Shown here piece by piece: positions 10,554 to 21,206 of a stretch of 64,000 nt of DNA. The position numbers and the translations under genes are program-made. Numbering within the stretch: the stretch's first letter is position 1; every line of letters begins with the position of its first letter. Source of the DNA: Candidatus Marinacidobacterales bacterium (GTDB taxonomy: Bacteria; Acidobacteriota; Vicinamibacteria; Marinacidobacterales; DATDRI01); the NCBI GenBank assembly GCA_965219415.1, contig CBDCNP010000001.1, positions 64,001 through 128,000 of the forward strand. Reading direction: 5' to 3'. The notes below the pieces were generated by a model that saw only the letters and a program-made list of their open reading frames with translations, made no database searches and was not told the DNA's origin.

Positions 10554-10649
10554 ATGAACACTATCAGCACATTAGAGCTTTGTGCCGGAGCCGGCAGCCA
10601 AGCGCTCGGCCTGTTCCAGGCCGGCTCCCTTCGATCTCTTCATCAATAA
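10554..10649 (+). pseudogene. C5 DNA cytosine methyltransferase N-terminal stump
   Basis: MNTISTLELCAGAGSQALGLFQAG matches SAM-binding motif I of C5 methyltransferases; stops after 31 codons. Confidence 0.6.
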
Positions 10650-10661
10650 GGGGGAGAAAGC

Positions 10662-10983
10662 ATGGCCATATGGCTCATTCGTGCCGGTAAGCACGGTGAA
10701 GACGAACAGAAGTTCCAGGACGAAGAAAAAGTGTATGTGATGTGGCACAACCTAGATGTTGACCTCGCCAAGCTGAAGGACCGAAGCGAACTCACCAACG
10801 CGCTGAGAGAACGTTATCCGGATTCCAAGCCGAAAACGATCACGAGTTGGGTGAGCCAAATCTGGCCATTCGCTTCTGAGATAACGAAAGATGATCTCGT
10901 TGTGTTGCCGCTGAAAACTCAGCGCGCTATCCGAATTGGCAAAGTGGTGGGGGATTACCACTTCGAACCCAACGGACCGAACC
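10662..10983 (+). pseudogene. Mrr-family restriction endonuclease, N-terminal part only
   Basis: WLIRAGKHGE...QIWPF...DLVVLP...IGKVVGDY is typical of the Mrr-like N-terminal domain; cut at the B end at 10984. Confidence 0.7.
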
Positions 10984-11129
10984 CGTCCTGTGCCAAAACT
11001 CAGCCCTTTTGAAATAGCCCATAAATCAGCAACTTAGAGTCTGGTTTGCGGCCGTGCCCAGGGCCGAGCACGAACAAACGACGAAATCTGAAGTGACCCC
11101 GCTTTCGTGGACAGGTTAAGAGTTAGGGA

Positions 11130-11981
11130 TCAAGCGTCGCGATAGTACCTCCTTTCGAATTGGATAGGCGAGCAATAGTCGATGGCGGAGTGTCGTCGTC
11201 GCGGGTTGTACCAGCCTTCGATGAAATCGAAGGTCGCCATGCGCGCCTCAGCGTGGTAGCGAAACGACCGGCGCTCGATCAGCTCGCACTCGAGCGTCGC
11301 GAAGAAGCTCTCGCACATCGCATTGTCGTAACAGTCCCCGACCGAACCCATCGACGGTCGCACCCCGGCCTCCCGGCATCGCTGGCCGAACGCTAGTGAC
11401 GTGTACTGCGTGCCCTGGTCCGAGTGATGGATGACGTCGCCGGGCTTGCGTTGGAACAGCGCCATGTCGAGGGCGCTCAAGACGAGCGACGTCCGCAGGT
11501 GGGTAGCCATTGCCCATCCGACGATGCGTCGGCTGAAGGCGTCCAGCACGACGGCGAGGAACAAGAAGCCCGACCACGTGGGCACGTAGGTGATATCGGC
11601 GACCCACAGGCGGTCGGGCCGGTCCACCTCGAAATTCCTGTCGACGAGATCGGGGGCGGGACGGGCGTCGTCACAGCGAATCGTAGTGTGCGCCCTCTTG
11701 CGCCGGTGAACACCTTGAATGCCAGCCTCGCGCATCAGCCGCGCTACACGCTTGCGTGAGACGTGGAGCTCGTGTGTCTCTCGTAGCTCGTGGAGGATCC
11801 TCGGCGCGCCGTACGTGCTCCGCGACGCGGTGTGAATCGCCCGGATCTTCTCAAGCAACTCCGCATCCGACACCGCGCGGGCCGACGGGGCACGCTCAAG
11901 CCACGCATAGTAGCCGCTGGCGGAGACGTCCAGCAGTCGGCACATCGTGGCAACCGGTAGTGAATCCTGGTTCGCCCTCAC
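11130..11981 (-). CDS. IS3 transposase OrfB
   Basis: WVADITY, HHSDQG and DNAMCESFF DDE motifs. Confidence 0.93.
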   Translation of the reverse strand: MRANQDSLPVATMCRLLDVSASGYYAWLERAPSARAVSDAELLEKIRAIHTASRSTYGAPRILHELRETHELHVSRKRVARLMREAGIQGVHRRKRAHTTIRCDDARPAPDLVDRNFEVDRPDRLWVADITYVPTWSGFLFLAVVLDAFSRRIVGWAMATHLRTSLVLSALDMALFQRKPGDVIHHSDQGTQYTSLAFGQRCREAGVRPSMGSVGDCYDNAMCESFFATLECELIERRSFRYHAEARMATFDFIEGWYNPRRRHSAIDYCSPIQFERRYYRDA

Positions 11982-12292
11982 GAATCGGAAGGCTTCGGTG
12001 GTACCGACTCGGTCTCCCGAGCGAACCAGGCCGCGGCTTTTGAGAGGATCTCCCGCTCCAACCGTAGTTGACGGTTCTCCCGTCGCAGGCGGCGGAGCTC
12101 CGCACGCTCCTCACTCGTCAGACCGTCCTGCCTGCGACCCTCGTCGAGATCCGCCTGGTTCACCCAGTTCCGGATCGTCTGGCCCGAGGGCTCAAACTCT
12201 CGCGCCAGCTCTTCGGAGCCGCGGCCAGCTCGCACCAGCTCTACCATTTGGCGCCGGAACTCGGCCGCGTATCTGTTTCCCTGCTTTGACAT
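11978..12292 (-). CDS. IS3 transposase OrfA
   Basis: HTH + leucine zipper (LRRLRRENRQLRLEREIL); AAAAG frameshift window; GTGA overlap with OrfB. Confidence 0.92.
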   Translation of the reverse strand: MSKQGNRYAAEFRRQMVELVRAGRGSEELAREFEPSGQTIRNWVNQADLDEGRRQDGLTSEERAELRRLRRENRQLRLEREILSKAAAWFARETESVPPKPSDS

Positions 12293-12459
12293 CGTGGACT
12301 CCTGTCTCCCAAAGGATTAGGTGTCCACGAAAGCGGGTCAAGTCAAAATCATGCAGGCATAGTCCCGGCAGATCGGAGACCGATCAGGTTCGGGGCGCGC
12401 GGATGAATAAATAGAAGGCACAGCCGAGTTTTGGCACAGGACGACGTCGTCTACTATCA

Positions 12460-12614
12460 CCACGAGAGGAATCATCAAGGCAAAGAGAATCTGCTGCTGT
12501 TCCCAGCCAGCGACCAGTTACCTCAGTCCGAGCGCAAGGTGCGCTCCCGTGAACGGCTTGGCGGGCTGCTACGTTTCTACCATCGGGAAGCCGCATGAGT
12601 ATTTTGACCTCACG
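12460..12614 (+). mobile_element. 3' end of type D rve element
   Basis: RERLGGLLRFYHREAA-stop followed by GTATTTTGACCTCACG; near-identical inverted copy at 18090-18232. Confidence 0.8.
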
Positions 12615-12719
12615 GGTTCGGATTGACCGATCGGTCCGCCGCCTGCTAGCCTCCCACGCGATCTACGTCGATCCGGACACAGGGACCCGCATGCGGGGCG
12701 GAGCAGCGGCGGTACGCCA

Positions 12720-13508
12720 TTGAGCAGGACACCCACTTTCGTCGAGCTACGCTCGGCCATTCGCAAGGGAGCGTTCTGCGAAACGACGTCCGGGCTCTGT
12801 CCCGACCGGGTGCAGGCGAATCTGGTGGTGCTGGCCGCGGGCGAAGCGGCCGATTTCCGGCTGTTCTGCGAGAAGAACCCGAGGCCCTGCCCGTTGATCG
12901 AGCAAACCACGCCCGGCGAGCCGGTGCCGCATGCCAGTGCGCCGAGAGCCGATCTCCGCACGGACGTGCCGCTGTATCGCGTCTATCGTCGCGGAGAGCT
13001 CGCCGAGGAGACAACGGATATCTCGTCGCTGTGGCGCGACGATTTCGTCGCTTTTCTGCTCGGCTGCAGTTTCACGTTCGAGACCGCTCTCGCGCGAGCG
13101 GGCATCCCCCTGCGGCACCAGGAAGAAAACAAAGTCGTCCCGATGTACATCACGAACCGCGACTGCGTCGCGGCAGGTGTCTTCCGAGGCCCCCTGGTCG
13201 TTTCGATGCGGCCCATCCAGCAGAGCCAGGTTCCTCGGGTCGTGGAGATTACGTCGAAGTATCCGGACGCCCACGGCGCCCCGGTGCAGTTGGGCAGACC
13301 AGAAGCCCTGGGCATCCGCGACGTCGATAACGTCGACTATGGAGATGCCGTCACCATCCACGACGGCGAGATTCCGGTCTTCTGGGCCTGTGGTGTGACG
13401 CCCCAGGCGGTGGCGGTGCAGGCCAGGCCGGAGTTGCTGATTACCCACGCTCCCGGACACATGTTCATCACCGATCTGGAGAATGTGTGCGCGACCGATA
13501 ATGTATAA
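12720..13508 (+). CDS. DUF1445/UPF0317 putative hydro-lyase (D-glutamate cyclase family)
   Basis: VQANLVVL, NPRPCPL, LGCSFTFE, FWACGVTPQ and ITHAPGHM motifs. Confidence 0.92.
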   Translation: MSRTPTFVELRSAIRKGAFCETTSGLCPDRVQANLVVLAAGEAADFRLFCEKNPRPCPLIEQTTPGEPVPHASAPRADLRTDVPLYRVYRRGELAEETTDISSLWRDDFVAFLLGCSFTFETALARAGIPLRHQEENKVVPMYITNRDCVAAGVFRGPLVVSMRPIQQSQVPRVVEITSKYPDAHGAPVQLGRPEALGIRDVDNVDYGDAVTIHDGEIPVFWACGVTPQAVAVQARPELLITHAPGHMFITDLENVCATDNV

Positions 13509-13606
13509 TTACCAAAACCAATTGCATCTGTACGAGAATGACGCGCATCGGCCTCACCCGTTCTTTCATCCTGTCTCGCCGTCGCCCGCGGCGGGCACGC
13601 AATCCC

Positions 13607-13686
13607 TGTGCTCCGCAAAAAGTCTATCCAGCGGTGATTGCGCGTTTTAGACCTGCCATGGCCGATCTTCTTTTTTGCGGATCACA
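13607..13686. mobile_element. 80-bp type E MITE
   Basis: TGTGCTCCGCAAAAA...TTTTTGCGGATCACA terminal IRs; 95-bp relative at 20227-20321. Confidence 0.75.
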
Positions 13687-13689
13687 CGC

Positions 13690-14170
13690 GCCCGAGCCTC
13701 GCCGGGTAGAGTCACCGGCGATGGGCAAAGTCAGTGCCATTCCAAAGGTCGGTGGTCTCCATCATTATTGCACTCGACGCGCTGCTTGAGCCGATCCGCT
13801 CGGAACGGCTGCCGGACTTCGCACCCCGTCCTGTGCAAAAACTCGGCCCTTTTGAAATAGGCCATAAATCAGCAGCTTAGTGTTTGTGTTTGCGACCGGG
13901 CCAAGGGCCTCAGGCTTTAATGTGGTTATATTCAACCCCACTATCATGCTCACAGTCGTAAGTGATTGGGCGGGCTTGCTCCGTTACTACCACCGCGACG
14001 CCGCATAGGAGTTCGGGCGCACCAGTTGGACGGAACGGATGGTCTGGAGGAGAGCTCTGCTCGGGCGCGCCTATCGCAGAGCCAGTGCCGCGTCGGCTGG
14101 TCTCCGCGAATTTCGAGAACGCCTCTAGGGTTCGAGATTTCGGCTCCGTTCGCGTTTTCGGACACGGACG
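13690..14170. mobile_element. Nested remnants: type C transposase 3' end, B end, type A 3' end
   Basis: PKVGGLHHYCTRRAA (matches 24794-24890), B motif at 13827, LGGLLRYYHRDAA and terminal GTTTTCGGACACGGACG. Confidence 0.78.
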
Positions 14171-14183
14171 GGCGTCGCGCTTA

Positions 14184-15437
14184 TTATGAGCAGGTGCCGA
14201 TCGCCCGCTCCACGTCGCGCCCCGACGGACTCTGGAACACTCGCAGGTCGAACTCCGGTACCACCGCTAGCAGGTGGTCGAAGATGTCCGCCTGGATCGC
14301 CTCGTAGCGGCTCCAGACCTGATCGCGGCTGAAGACGTAGACCTCGATCGGGAGCCCGTGCTCGGTTGGCGCCAGCTGCCGGATTAGGAACGTCATGTCC
14401 TGGTGCACCATCGGGTGGTGGCGGAGGTACGCGACGACATAGGCGCGAAACGTCCCGACGTTCGTCAAGTGGCGGCCGTTGGCCAAGCTCGCCGGTTCGA
14501 CCCCGCGCTCCGCGTTCCAGCTTGCAATCTCCTCTCGTTTGGCTTTCAGATAGTCGGCGATGTACTGAATTTTCGAGAAGCGCGCCAGCATCTCCTCGTC
14601 ACAGAAGCGAATGGAGCCGACGTCGATGTAGAGGGCTCGCTTGATGCGCCGGCCACCCGATTCCGCCATGCCGCGCCAGTTCTTGAACGATTCCGCAATC
14701 AGCGCGTAGGTGGGAATCGTGGTGATCGTCTTGTCCCAGTTCTGCACCTTCACTGTCGTCAATCCCACATCGAGCACGTCGCCGTCGGCGCCGTGCTTCG
14801 GCATCTCGATCCAATCGCCCCGCGAGACCATTCGGTTCGCCGACAGCTGGATGCCGGCGACGAAGCCAAGAATGGCGTCCTTGAAGATAAGCATAGTCAC
14901 CGCGCTCATCGCGCCGAGGCCGCTCAACAGCAGCAGCGGCGAGCGGCCGAGGACGAGCGACAGGACGCTGATGGCCGTTACGGCGTACACCACCAGCTTG
15001 AGCACCTGGGCGATGCTCCGCACCGGTAGCTCCCGCGGGAGCCGCGAACCCCGGACGATTTCGATCCCCACGTTCACAACGCTGTCGGCCGCCAGCGCCG
15101 CGATGACGATCATGGAGATGAGCGCCCCCTGCCGCACGACGGCTGTCAGCTGGTCGTATCCGGTGAGCACCGGAGTCGCGAAGTGGTAGATCACCAGCGC
15201 CGGCGCGAGATGTGACACCCGTTGTAACACGCGGTGCTGCATCACGACGTCGTCCCAACTCGAGGTCGTCCGTCGCGCGAGCCGCGCGATACCGCGAACC
15301 ACGACACTCTTGGTGATACGGTTGGCGATCAGGGCGACGAACAGGACGAGCAGGACGCCTCCAAGCTGTGTCAGCAGCGTGGCGCCCGCCTCGCTCATCC
15401 CCCACTTAAGCAGCCAGTCGTGCAGCGGGCTAAGCAC
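14184..15437 (-). CDS. Mechanosensitive channel, MscS family (YbdG/MscM-like)
   Basis: FKDAILGFVAGIQLS, GDWIEMPK, VKVQNWDKTITTIPTY and NWRGM..SGGRRIKR motifs. Confidence 0.93.
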   Translation of the reverse strand: MLSPLHDWLLKWGMSEAGATLLTQLGGVLLVLFVALIANRITKSVVVRGIARLARRTTSSWDDVVMQHRVLQRVSHLAPALVIYHFATPVLTGYDQLTAVVRQGALISMIVIAALAADSVVNVGIEIVRGSRLPRELPVRSIAQVLKLVVYAVTAISVLSLVLGRSPLLLLSGLGAMSAVTMLIFKDAILGFVAGIQLSANRMVSRGDWIEMPKHGADGDVLDVGLTTVKVQNWDKTITTIPTYALIAESFKNWRGMAESGGRRIKRALYIDVGSIRFCDEEMLARFSKIQYIADYLKAKREEIASWNAERGVEPASLANGRHLTNVGTFRAYVVAYLRHHPMVHQDMTFLIRQLAPTEHGLPIEVYVFSRDQVWSRYEAIQADIFDHLLAVVPEFDLRVFQSPSGRDVERAIGTCS

Positions 15438-15499
15438 GCAACGTCTCCATCATGTGATTTTACGCTACTACTATATCTCTTGGTTGGACCGCTCACTAG

Positions 15500-16042
15500 A
15501 TGTCGTGGTCTTGTCGTACTCGGCTAGGAAGGTGTCTAGCGCATCCGCAACTTCCTTGCCCCGCGTGTACGCGATTAGCTTCTCGGCCCATCATCTCGTG
15601 GGTCCAGGGCCTGATGCAGCACATGGACGATTGCATCAACATTCTGAGGGGCTTCACAGTCGACCGTCGAGACTTCGACAAGAGCCGCCATGTGAAGGTC
15701 TATCGTCGGGCTGTTGACCCATACCGATCCCACACTGGCAAAGTGGCCGATCGAATCAAGCATCGGCAGGGTCGTCTCACCCTGCTGACTGCCCGACTTG
15801 GCGCAAGCTCTTCCGCAGGGTATTTCGTCGCCGTCGGTCTCGCGGACGGGGGAGTTGGGCCTGATCCTGACATTCATAAGCACGGATTAATGGCGTTCTC
15901 GTTTAACCGCGACCTCCGCTTCCATCTGTGCCACGTCCTCCTGACATCTGCCCGCCTTGCTCAAGCGGTTGAGGGACTAACTGGCGCCAGCCCGGTTGAA
16001 GTCGAACCCGTCCATGACCCACTGACCGACTCAGTATCCGGC
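15500..16042 (+). pseudogene. Fragment of unknown protein, cut at type D end
   Basis: Protein-like stretch MQHMDDCINIL...FSFNRDLRFHL reading into the transposon end. Confidence 0.3.
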
Positions 16043-16683
16043 CGTCTGGTTAAAATATTCGGACGCCCAGCGGGTCAGCAGTTTGCACCGTTCCAAAAGG
16101 CTGCTTGAATCCGCCATTGCGGTCGGATACGTATTCCAGTTCAGCGGAAGGAGTTGCGATGGAATGGAAGACCATGCTGAGCTACATCTCAGGGTCCGTG
16201 GATGAGGAGTTGCTCCTGCGCAACGAGTATCTTGTGGCCGAGAATCGAGTTCTTCGCAATCAGCCCCAGGGTTGCTTGCGCCTGACCGATGGCGAACGGC
16301 GGTCTCTGGCCGAGCTCGGAAAGCGTCTGGGTAAGCAAGCCCTTGATGAGATCGCAAGTATCGTGAACCCCGTCGTGTCCAAAAACACAAACGAACTCAA
16401 GACCCGCTCGTCGGGACGTTTCGGAATAAACGTGTCTACGCTTGATTCGCCAATGAAAGCTAGAGTCTTCGGTCATGAGCACGCCGGTCCAGCCCTTGAC
16501 GTTGTTGGTCGTCGCCATCGCTGGTTGGCTCCAGCGTGACCAACGGACCGCTATCGTCTACTTGCTTGAGGAGACAAGAGTCTTCACAGCTCTGCTTGGC
16601 GGGAGGAAGCTTCGCCTCACGGACGATCTCCCTCTCATGCCTGTCTGCCCGTCGATACGCGATCTTCTTTTTTGCGGATCACA
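16043..16683 (+). mobile_element. Nested left ends of type D and type A rve elements closed by an E end
   Basis: MEWKTMLSYISGSVDEELLLRNEYL and MSTPVQPLTLLVVAIAGWLQRDQ are N-termini of integrase-core transposases; termini at 16043, 16371 and 16683. Confidence 0.8.
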
Positions 16684-16925
16684 ACCCGCATGGAGAGAGA
16701 AATGGATTCAAACCCAAAAAAACTCAATAAAGATCACAAGACAGATCCTCTCCGAAGTGACCTTAAGGACGGAACCTTCAAGGCGTCCGGGGTTGAGCGT
16801 GTTCCCAAGTCCAAATTTAGGGAGGTTCTCGACCGTCTAAAATATTGGGTATTATACCGAGTATAACCGGATGGTGCTGCTGATTTGTGGTCTATTTCTA
16901 AAGGGCCGAGTTTTGGCACAGGACG

Positions 16926-17811
16926 GGATGCCGAGCTGAACCACCAGAAATGCGAGGTTCGCGACCACGAGCAAGGGAAGGATCGAGAAGCCCTTCTTTG
17001 CGCAGAGCTCACCCAAACGTCCGAACGCCAGGTAGCCGAGGGCCATACCCATCGCCATCGTCATCAAAACGCTAGCAACTTGAACTCGATCGAGGCCGGC
17101 CACATCGCGGAGCCACGGGCCGGCCCACAGGCTTTGAATCGAGAGATAGGCCGCCTCCTGGGCGACCGAGAAGGGTGCGATGCTCCAGAAGACGCGGCTC
17201 GTGAGGATCGATTTCACTCCCTGGAGTGATTCGCCGAGGTCGGGGACGTGCGATGGCACCTTCTTCTCGGGCACCGTAACGAACAATAACCCGGCCGCTC
17301 CCAGTGTCACGACACCCAGAGTAAGGAAGAGGCCACGCCAGTCCATGAAGCGAAGGGCCCACTCGACTGGCAGAGTGGCAGCCAGAGCGCCCGCCGAACC
17401 GACCGCCATGACGGCGCCGTTCAGGAAAGGGACGCGGTGCGAGGGTGCCCAGACGACAAATGCCTTGAACGACGCTACGAGACAGGCGGCCATCCCGAAA
17501 CCGATGAGCGCCCGTCCGAGTATCAGACCCGTCGGGCTCGCGGCTCTAGAGAACACGAATGCGCCGCCGGCGGCCACAACAAGAAGGGCCGCTTCGGTTC
17601 GGCGAGTGCCCCATCGGTCGAGCGCGACACCAATGGGAAGTTGCGAGACGGCGAAAGCGAAAAAGAAGGCGCTGGTGAGAAAACCGATCATCCAGGCGTT
17701 CAGCCCCATCGTTTCGATGAGATTCGGTGCCGCGATCGCGTTCACCGAGCGAAAGACGTGCGACAAGAAATAGCCGGCAGCGAACGGGAGAAAGACGCGG
17801 AAAACGGACAT
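16926..17811 (-). pseudogene. MFS transporter, C-terminally truncated
   Basis: GVALDRWGTRR motif A and multiple TMs; runs into the B end at 16925. Confidence 0.85.
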
Positions 17812-17819
17812 TCGATTCT

Positions 17820-18389
17820 CGAACATCATTATCATGGAGAGCGCAACCATCAAGGGCTGAGGAACGCGTTGCTCGAAGCGGAACAAAGCATCGGCAGTCC
17901 CCACGGGAAGGTGCGATGTCGTAAGCGATTGGGCGGCTTGCTCCGCTATTACCACCGCGCTGCGCGGCAGAGGAGTTCCGGCGCACGAGCTGGACGGAAC
18001 GGATGGTCCAGGAGGAGAGCTTCTGCTCGGGCTCGCCTACCGCAGAGCCCGTGCCTCTTCGGCAGGCCTCCTCGAATTTCACCAACGCCCGTGAGGTCAA
18101 AATACTCATGCGGCTTCCCGATGGTAGAAACGTAGCAGCCCGCCAAGCCGTTCACGGGAGCGCACCTTGTGCTCGGACTTGAGGTAACTGTTCGCTGGCT
18201 GGGAACAGCAGTAGATTCTCCTTGCCTTGATGATTCCCGTCGTGTCCAAAAACACAAACGAACTCAAGACCCACGCGCCGGGCCGTTTCGTATTAGACGT
18301 GTCTACGCTTGGTTCGCCAATGGAAGCTAGAATCCTCGGTGATGAGCACGCCGAGCCAGCCCTTGACATTGTTGGTCGTCGCCATCGCT
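17820..18389. mobile_element. Remnants of type A 3' end, type D right end and type A left end
   Basis: HYHGERNHQGL...RKRLGGLLRYYHRAA; termini at 18090 and 18238. Confidence 0.78.
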
Positions 18390-18573
18390 ACATCCATAGG
18401 AATCTGGACCGTGTCTCAGTTCCAGTGTGGCCGTCTGCTCTTTTAGGGCAGCGATACCGTTCTGGTTTGTCAACTTCGTGTAGGGCCATTAGAATAGCAC
18501 CGTTTGAGTATCGCTCGAAGCTCAACCACCTAATACGTCGAGTTAGCTGCAAACGAAAAAGGAGACTTGAGGA

Positions 18574-18891
18574 ATGGCGAAAAAACCCATGACCAAAACC
18601 CAAATCGTGGCTCAGATGTCGGAAACGATGCAGGTTCCGAAGAAGCAGGCCGCTGCATGGTTCAAGTCGATTGCCGATCTCGCGGTAAAGGAAACGAAGC
18701 GAACGGGCCAGTTCGTCATTCCCGGAATCGGAAAACTCGTGAAAGCGAAACGAAAGGCTCGCAAGGGACGCAACCCCCGGACCGGCGAACAGATTCGAAT
18801 CCCGAAAAAGACGGTGGTCAAGTTTCGAGTAGCGAAAGCTTGCCAAGACGCCGTCGTCCCACCGAAGAAGAAGCTCACAAGCGACGCCTGA
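18574..18891 (+). CDS. hup: HU-family DNA-binding protein
   Basis: MTKTQIV...PGIGKLVKAKRKARKGRNPRTGEQIRIPKKTVVKFRVAK; GAGGA RBS. Confidence 0.93.
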   Translation: MAKKPMTKTQIVAQMSETMQVPKKQAAAWFKSIADLAVKETKRTGQFVIPGIGKLVKAKRKARKGRNPRTGEQIRIPKKTVVKFRVAKACQDAVVPPKKKLTSDA

Positions 18892-19060
18892 GAATGTTCT
18901 TACTGATCGACGGATGCACGCCGATGATCTATGCGTAAAAAGCGCACGAGGAATCGGGCAAAGGCGGACACTGAGAAGCCGATGGAAACCAAACCATTGC
19001 AGGTTCCAGAGACCCCACCAATCCGGCCGGAGGTGCCAACGGGGGAGGGAAATGTTGGGT

Positions 19061-19411
19061 TGTGCCTTCTATTTATTCATCCGCGCGCACCGAACTTAAT
19101 TAGTCTTCGGTCTGCCGGCACCATGCCTGTATAATTTCGTCGTTTGTTCGCGCTCTCATCTCTGCTCGTCGTGTCCAAAAAAAGAGAAACCAACTCCAGA
19201 CAGGTGCACCGGGCCGTTTCGGATTAGAGGTGTCTAGGCTTGGTCGGTACGGAGTCGTGTGCTTGTCCCGGGGACGCCCACCCGCATTTGGCGGCCCATG
19301 GCGAGCTCGCGATAGAGGCGTGTCAAGCAGAGATGCGGGTTTCCGTGAATCGTCGAGCGCCGATGGATGATGTTCGACCTCCGTCCACCGGTGGGAGTCT
19401 CGGCCAACACG
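19061..19411 (+). repeat. 351-bp inverted repeat, left arm (C end + A-like end + unique DNA)
   Basis: Near-identical reverse complement of 22294-22644. Confidence 0.92.
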
Positions 19412-19544
19412 GGCGAACCGGGCGTCCTGCGCGCGCCGGTGACGGTTAGTGCTAGAACGGCAGTCGTGGGAGGCGACAATTCGAACACCCAGACAAGCAA
19501 GCGTCCGCGAGACGGGCTCAACTTCACATAACGAGGAAAGGGAC

Positions 19545-19858
19545 ATGACGGGTGCGCCAATCAAGTGTGCAGCGACGCTCGGATTGGTCGTTTGCATGAT
19601 GGGTGGGGCATCCGCCGCCGCGCAATCCGGTCAGATCGCGGGTGTGGTCGTCGATGCGACCGGCGCGGTGTTACCCGGCGCGACGGTCACTCTGAGTGAC
19701 GCGCTGGGTACACCGCGCGAGGTGCAGGCGGACGCGCGCGGACGGTTCGAGTTTACAGGCCTCGCTCCTGGCACGTACACGGTGATCGTCTCCCTGAGCG
19801 GCTTCGGCGCGGTGACGGTCGCTGGCGTCGCTGTCGAGACCGATCCGGTAGAGTTGCC
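19545..19858 (+). pseudogene. Signal peptide + carboxypeptidase-regulatory-like domain (probable TonB-dependent receptor 5' stump)
   Basis: AAAQSGQIAGVVVDATGAVLPGATVTL...GLAPGTYTV; cut by an IS1-type end at 19859. Confidence 0.75.
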
Positions 19859-20025
19859 GGTGCTTCCGCCATTAAGTGTTGGTGAGATGATGCTAAGACT
19901 TTACGGTGCATTAAGTTACAGCCAAAATAGCGCTCGTGACCTTCGCTGCGCGCTAAATAGAAGCGTAAGCGCCTCTTTTGCAAAGGGATACGTACACATC
20001 ACCAACAGTAGACAGCGCAAGCACC
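19859..20025. mobile_element. IS1-derived MITE (167 bp), copy 1
   Basis: GGTGCTTCCGCCATTAAGTGTTGGTGA...TCACCAACAGTAGACAGCGCAAGCACC. Confidence 0.75.
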
Positions 20026-20197
20026 CTACCACGCTGAGGCGCGCATGGCGACCTTCGATTTCATCGAAGGCTGGTACAACCCGCGACGACGACACTCCGC
20101 CATCGACTATTGCTCGCCTATCCAATTCGAAAGGAGGTACTATCGCGACGCTTGATCCCTAACTCTTAACCTGTCCACGAAAGCGGGGTCACTTCAC
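20026..20197 (+). mobile_element. 3' end fragment of the IS3 element
   Basis: Reverse complement of 11089-11259. Confidence 0.9.
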
Positions 20198-20226
20198 TAG
20201 AGGCATTTGAATGCTAATGTCAGTGG

Positions 20227-20321
20227 TGTGCTCCGCAAAAAGTCGATCCAGCGTTGATTGCGCGTTTTAGACTCGCCATGGTCGGCTGCTTCTAGCCGAT
20301 CTTCCTTTTTTGCGGATCACA
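20227..20321. mobile_element. 95-bp type E MITE
   Basis: Same terminal IRs and core as 13607-13686. Confidence 0.75.
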
Positions 20322-20503
20322 ACCCTTGCGAGAGCTAGCCGTCGCCCTGCAGGAACCCGCGGCGCTCGAGCCCTAACCGCGGTAGGTAATCCTCCAGATC
20401 TTCCCGCCACCGTCGTCGCTCACGAGAAGCGATCCGTCGGGCAGTTGCAGCAAGCCGACGGGACGGCCCCAAACCTCACGCTTCGCCGGAGCGAGCATAA
20501 AGC

Positions 20504-20669
20504 GGTGCTTCCGCTATTAAGTGTTGGTGAGATGACGCTAAGACTTTACACTGCATTAAATTACAGCCAAAATAGCGCTCACGACCTTCGCCGTGCGCTA
20601 AATGGAGCGTAAGCGCTTTTTTTGCAAAGAGATACGTACACATCACCAACAGCAAACAGCGCAAGCACC
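20504..20669. mobile_element. IS1-derived MITE (166 bp), copy 2
   Basis: Colinear with 19859-20025, same IRs. Confidence 0.75.
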
Positions 20670-20761
20670 TGATTTTGTCGTTTGTTCGCGCTCTCGTCTC
20701 TGCCTTCAAGGTTCGTCGCGAGCTAGCTCTCGAGAGTGTCGCTCTTCGGCAGCAACTCGCC

Positions 20762-20922
20762 TGTGCTCCGCAAGAACTCGATCCGTCGTTGATTCCGCAG
20801 TTTAGAGCTGCCAGGATTGGCCGTTTCGCGGCGAACGGATGAGGTGACCCGACGTCATTGTAAACGTCGAAAGGTTCGCTCTTGCGGTCTATTTCAAAAG
20901 GGCCGAGTTTTGGCACAGGACG
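20762..20922. mobile_element. Hybrid mini-element (E end + inverted B end)
   Basis: TGTGCTCCGCAAGAACTC ... GAGTTTTGGCACAGGACG. Confidence 0.7.
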
Positions 20923-20934
20923 GGGTGCCACGGG

Positions 20935-21206
20935 TCAGGCGAAGACGTCCAGAGCCGCTTGCCGCGCCTCCTTGATCATGATGATCCGGTCGAAGCCGCT
21001 GATTCGGAAGACTTCCTCGATGTGTTTCCTCATGGCGCAGAGGACAATTCGCCCCTTGACCGTATGCAGCGCCCGGGTGGCGAGCAGGGCGACCCGTAGA
21101 CCAGCGCTGCTGATGAAGTCGAGACGGTTGAAATCGATGATCAGATGCCGCTCGCCGCTGTTGATGTGCTCCATGACGATCGATTCGAACGCGCTGGCGT
21201 TCCCGC
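20935..21206 (-). pseudogene. STAS anti-sigma factor antagonist, 5' truncated by IS5
   Basis: IIDFNRLDFISSAGLRV...EVFRISGFD. Confidence 0.85.

Larger units (their letters stand above)
11089..12345 (-). mobile_element. IS3-family element, 1257 bp, 5-bp target duplication AAATC
   Basis: IRs TGAAGTGACCCCGCTTTCGTGGACA / TGTCCACGAAAGCGGGTCAAGTCA; AAATC on both flanks. Confidence 0.95.
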
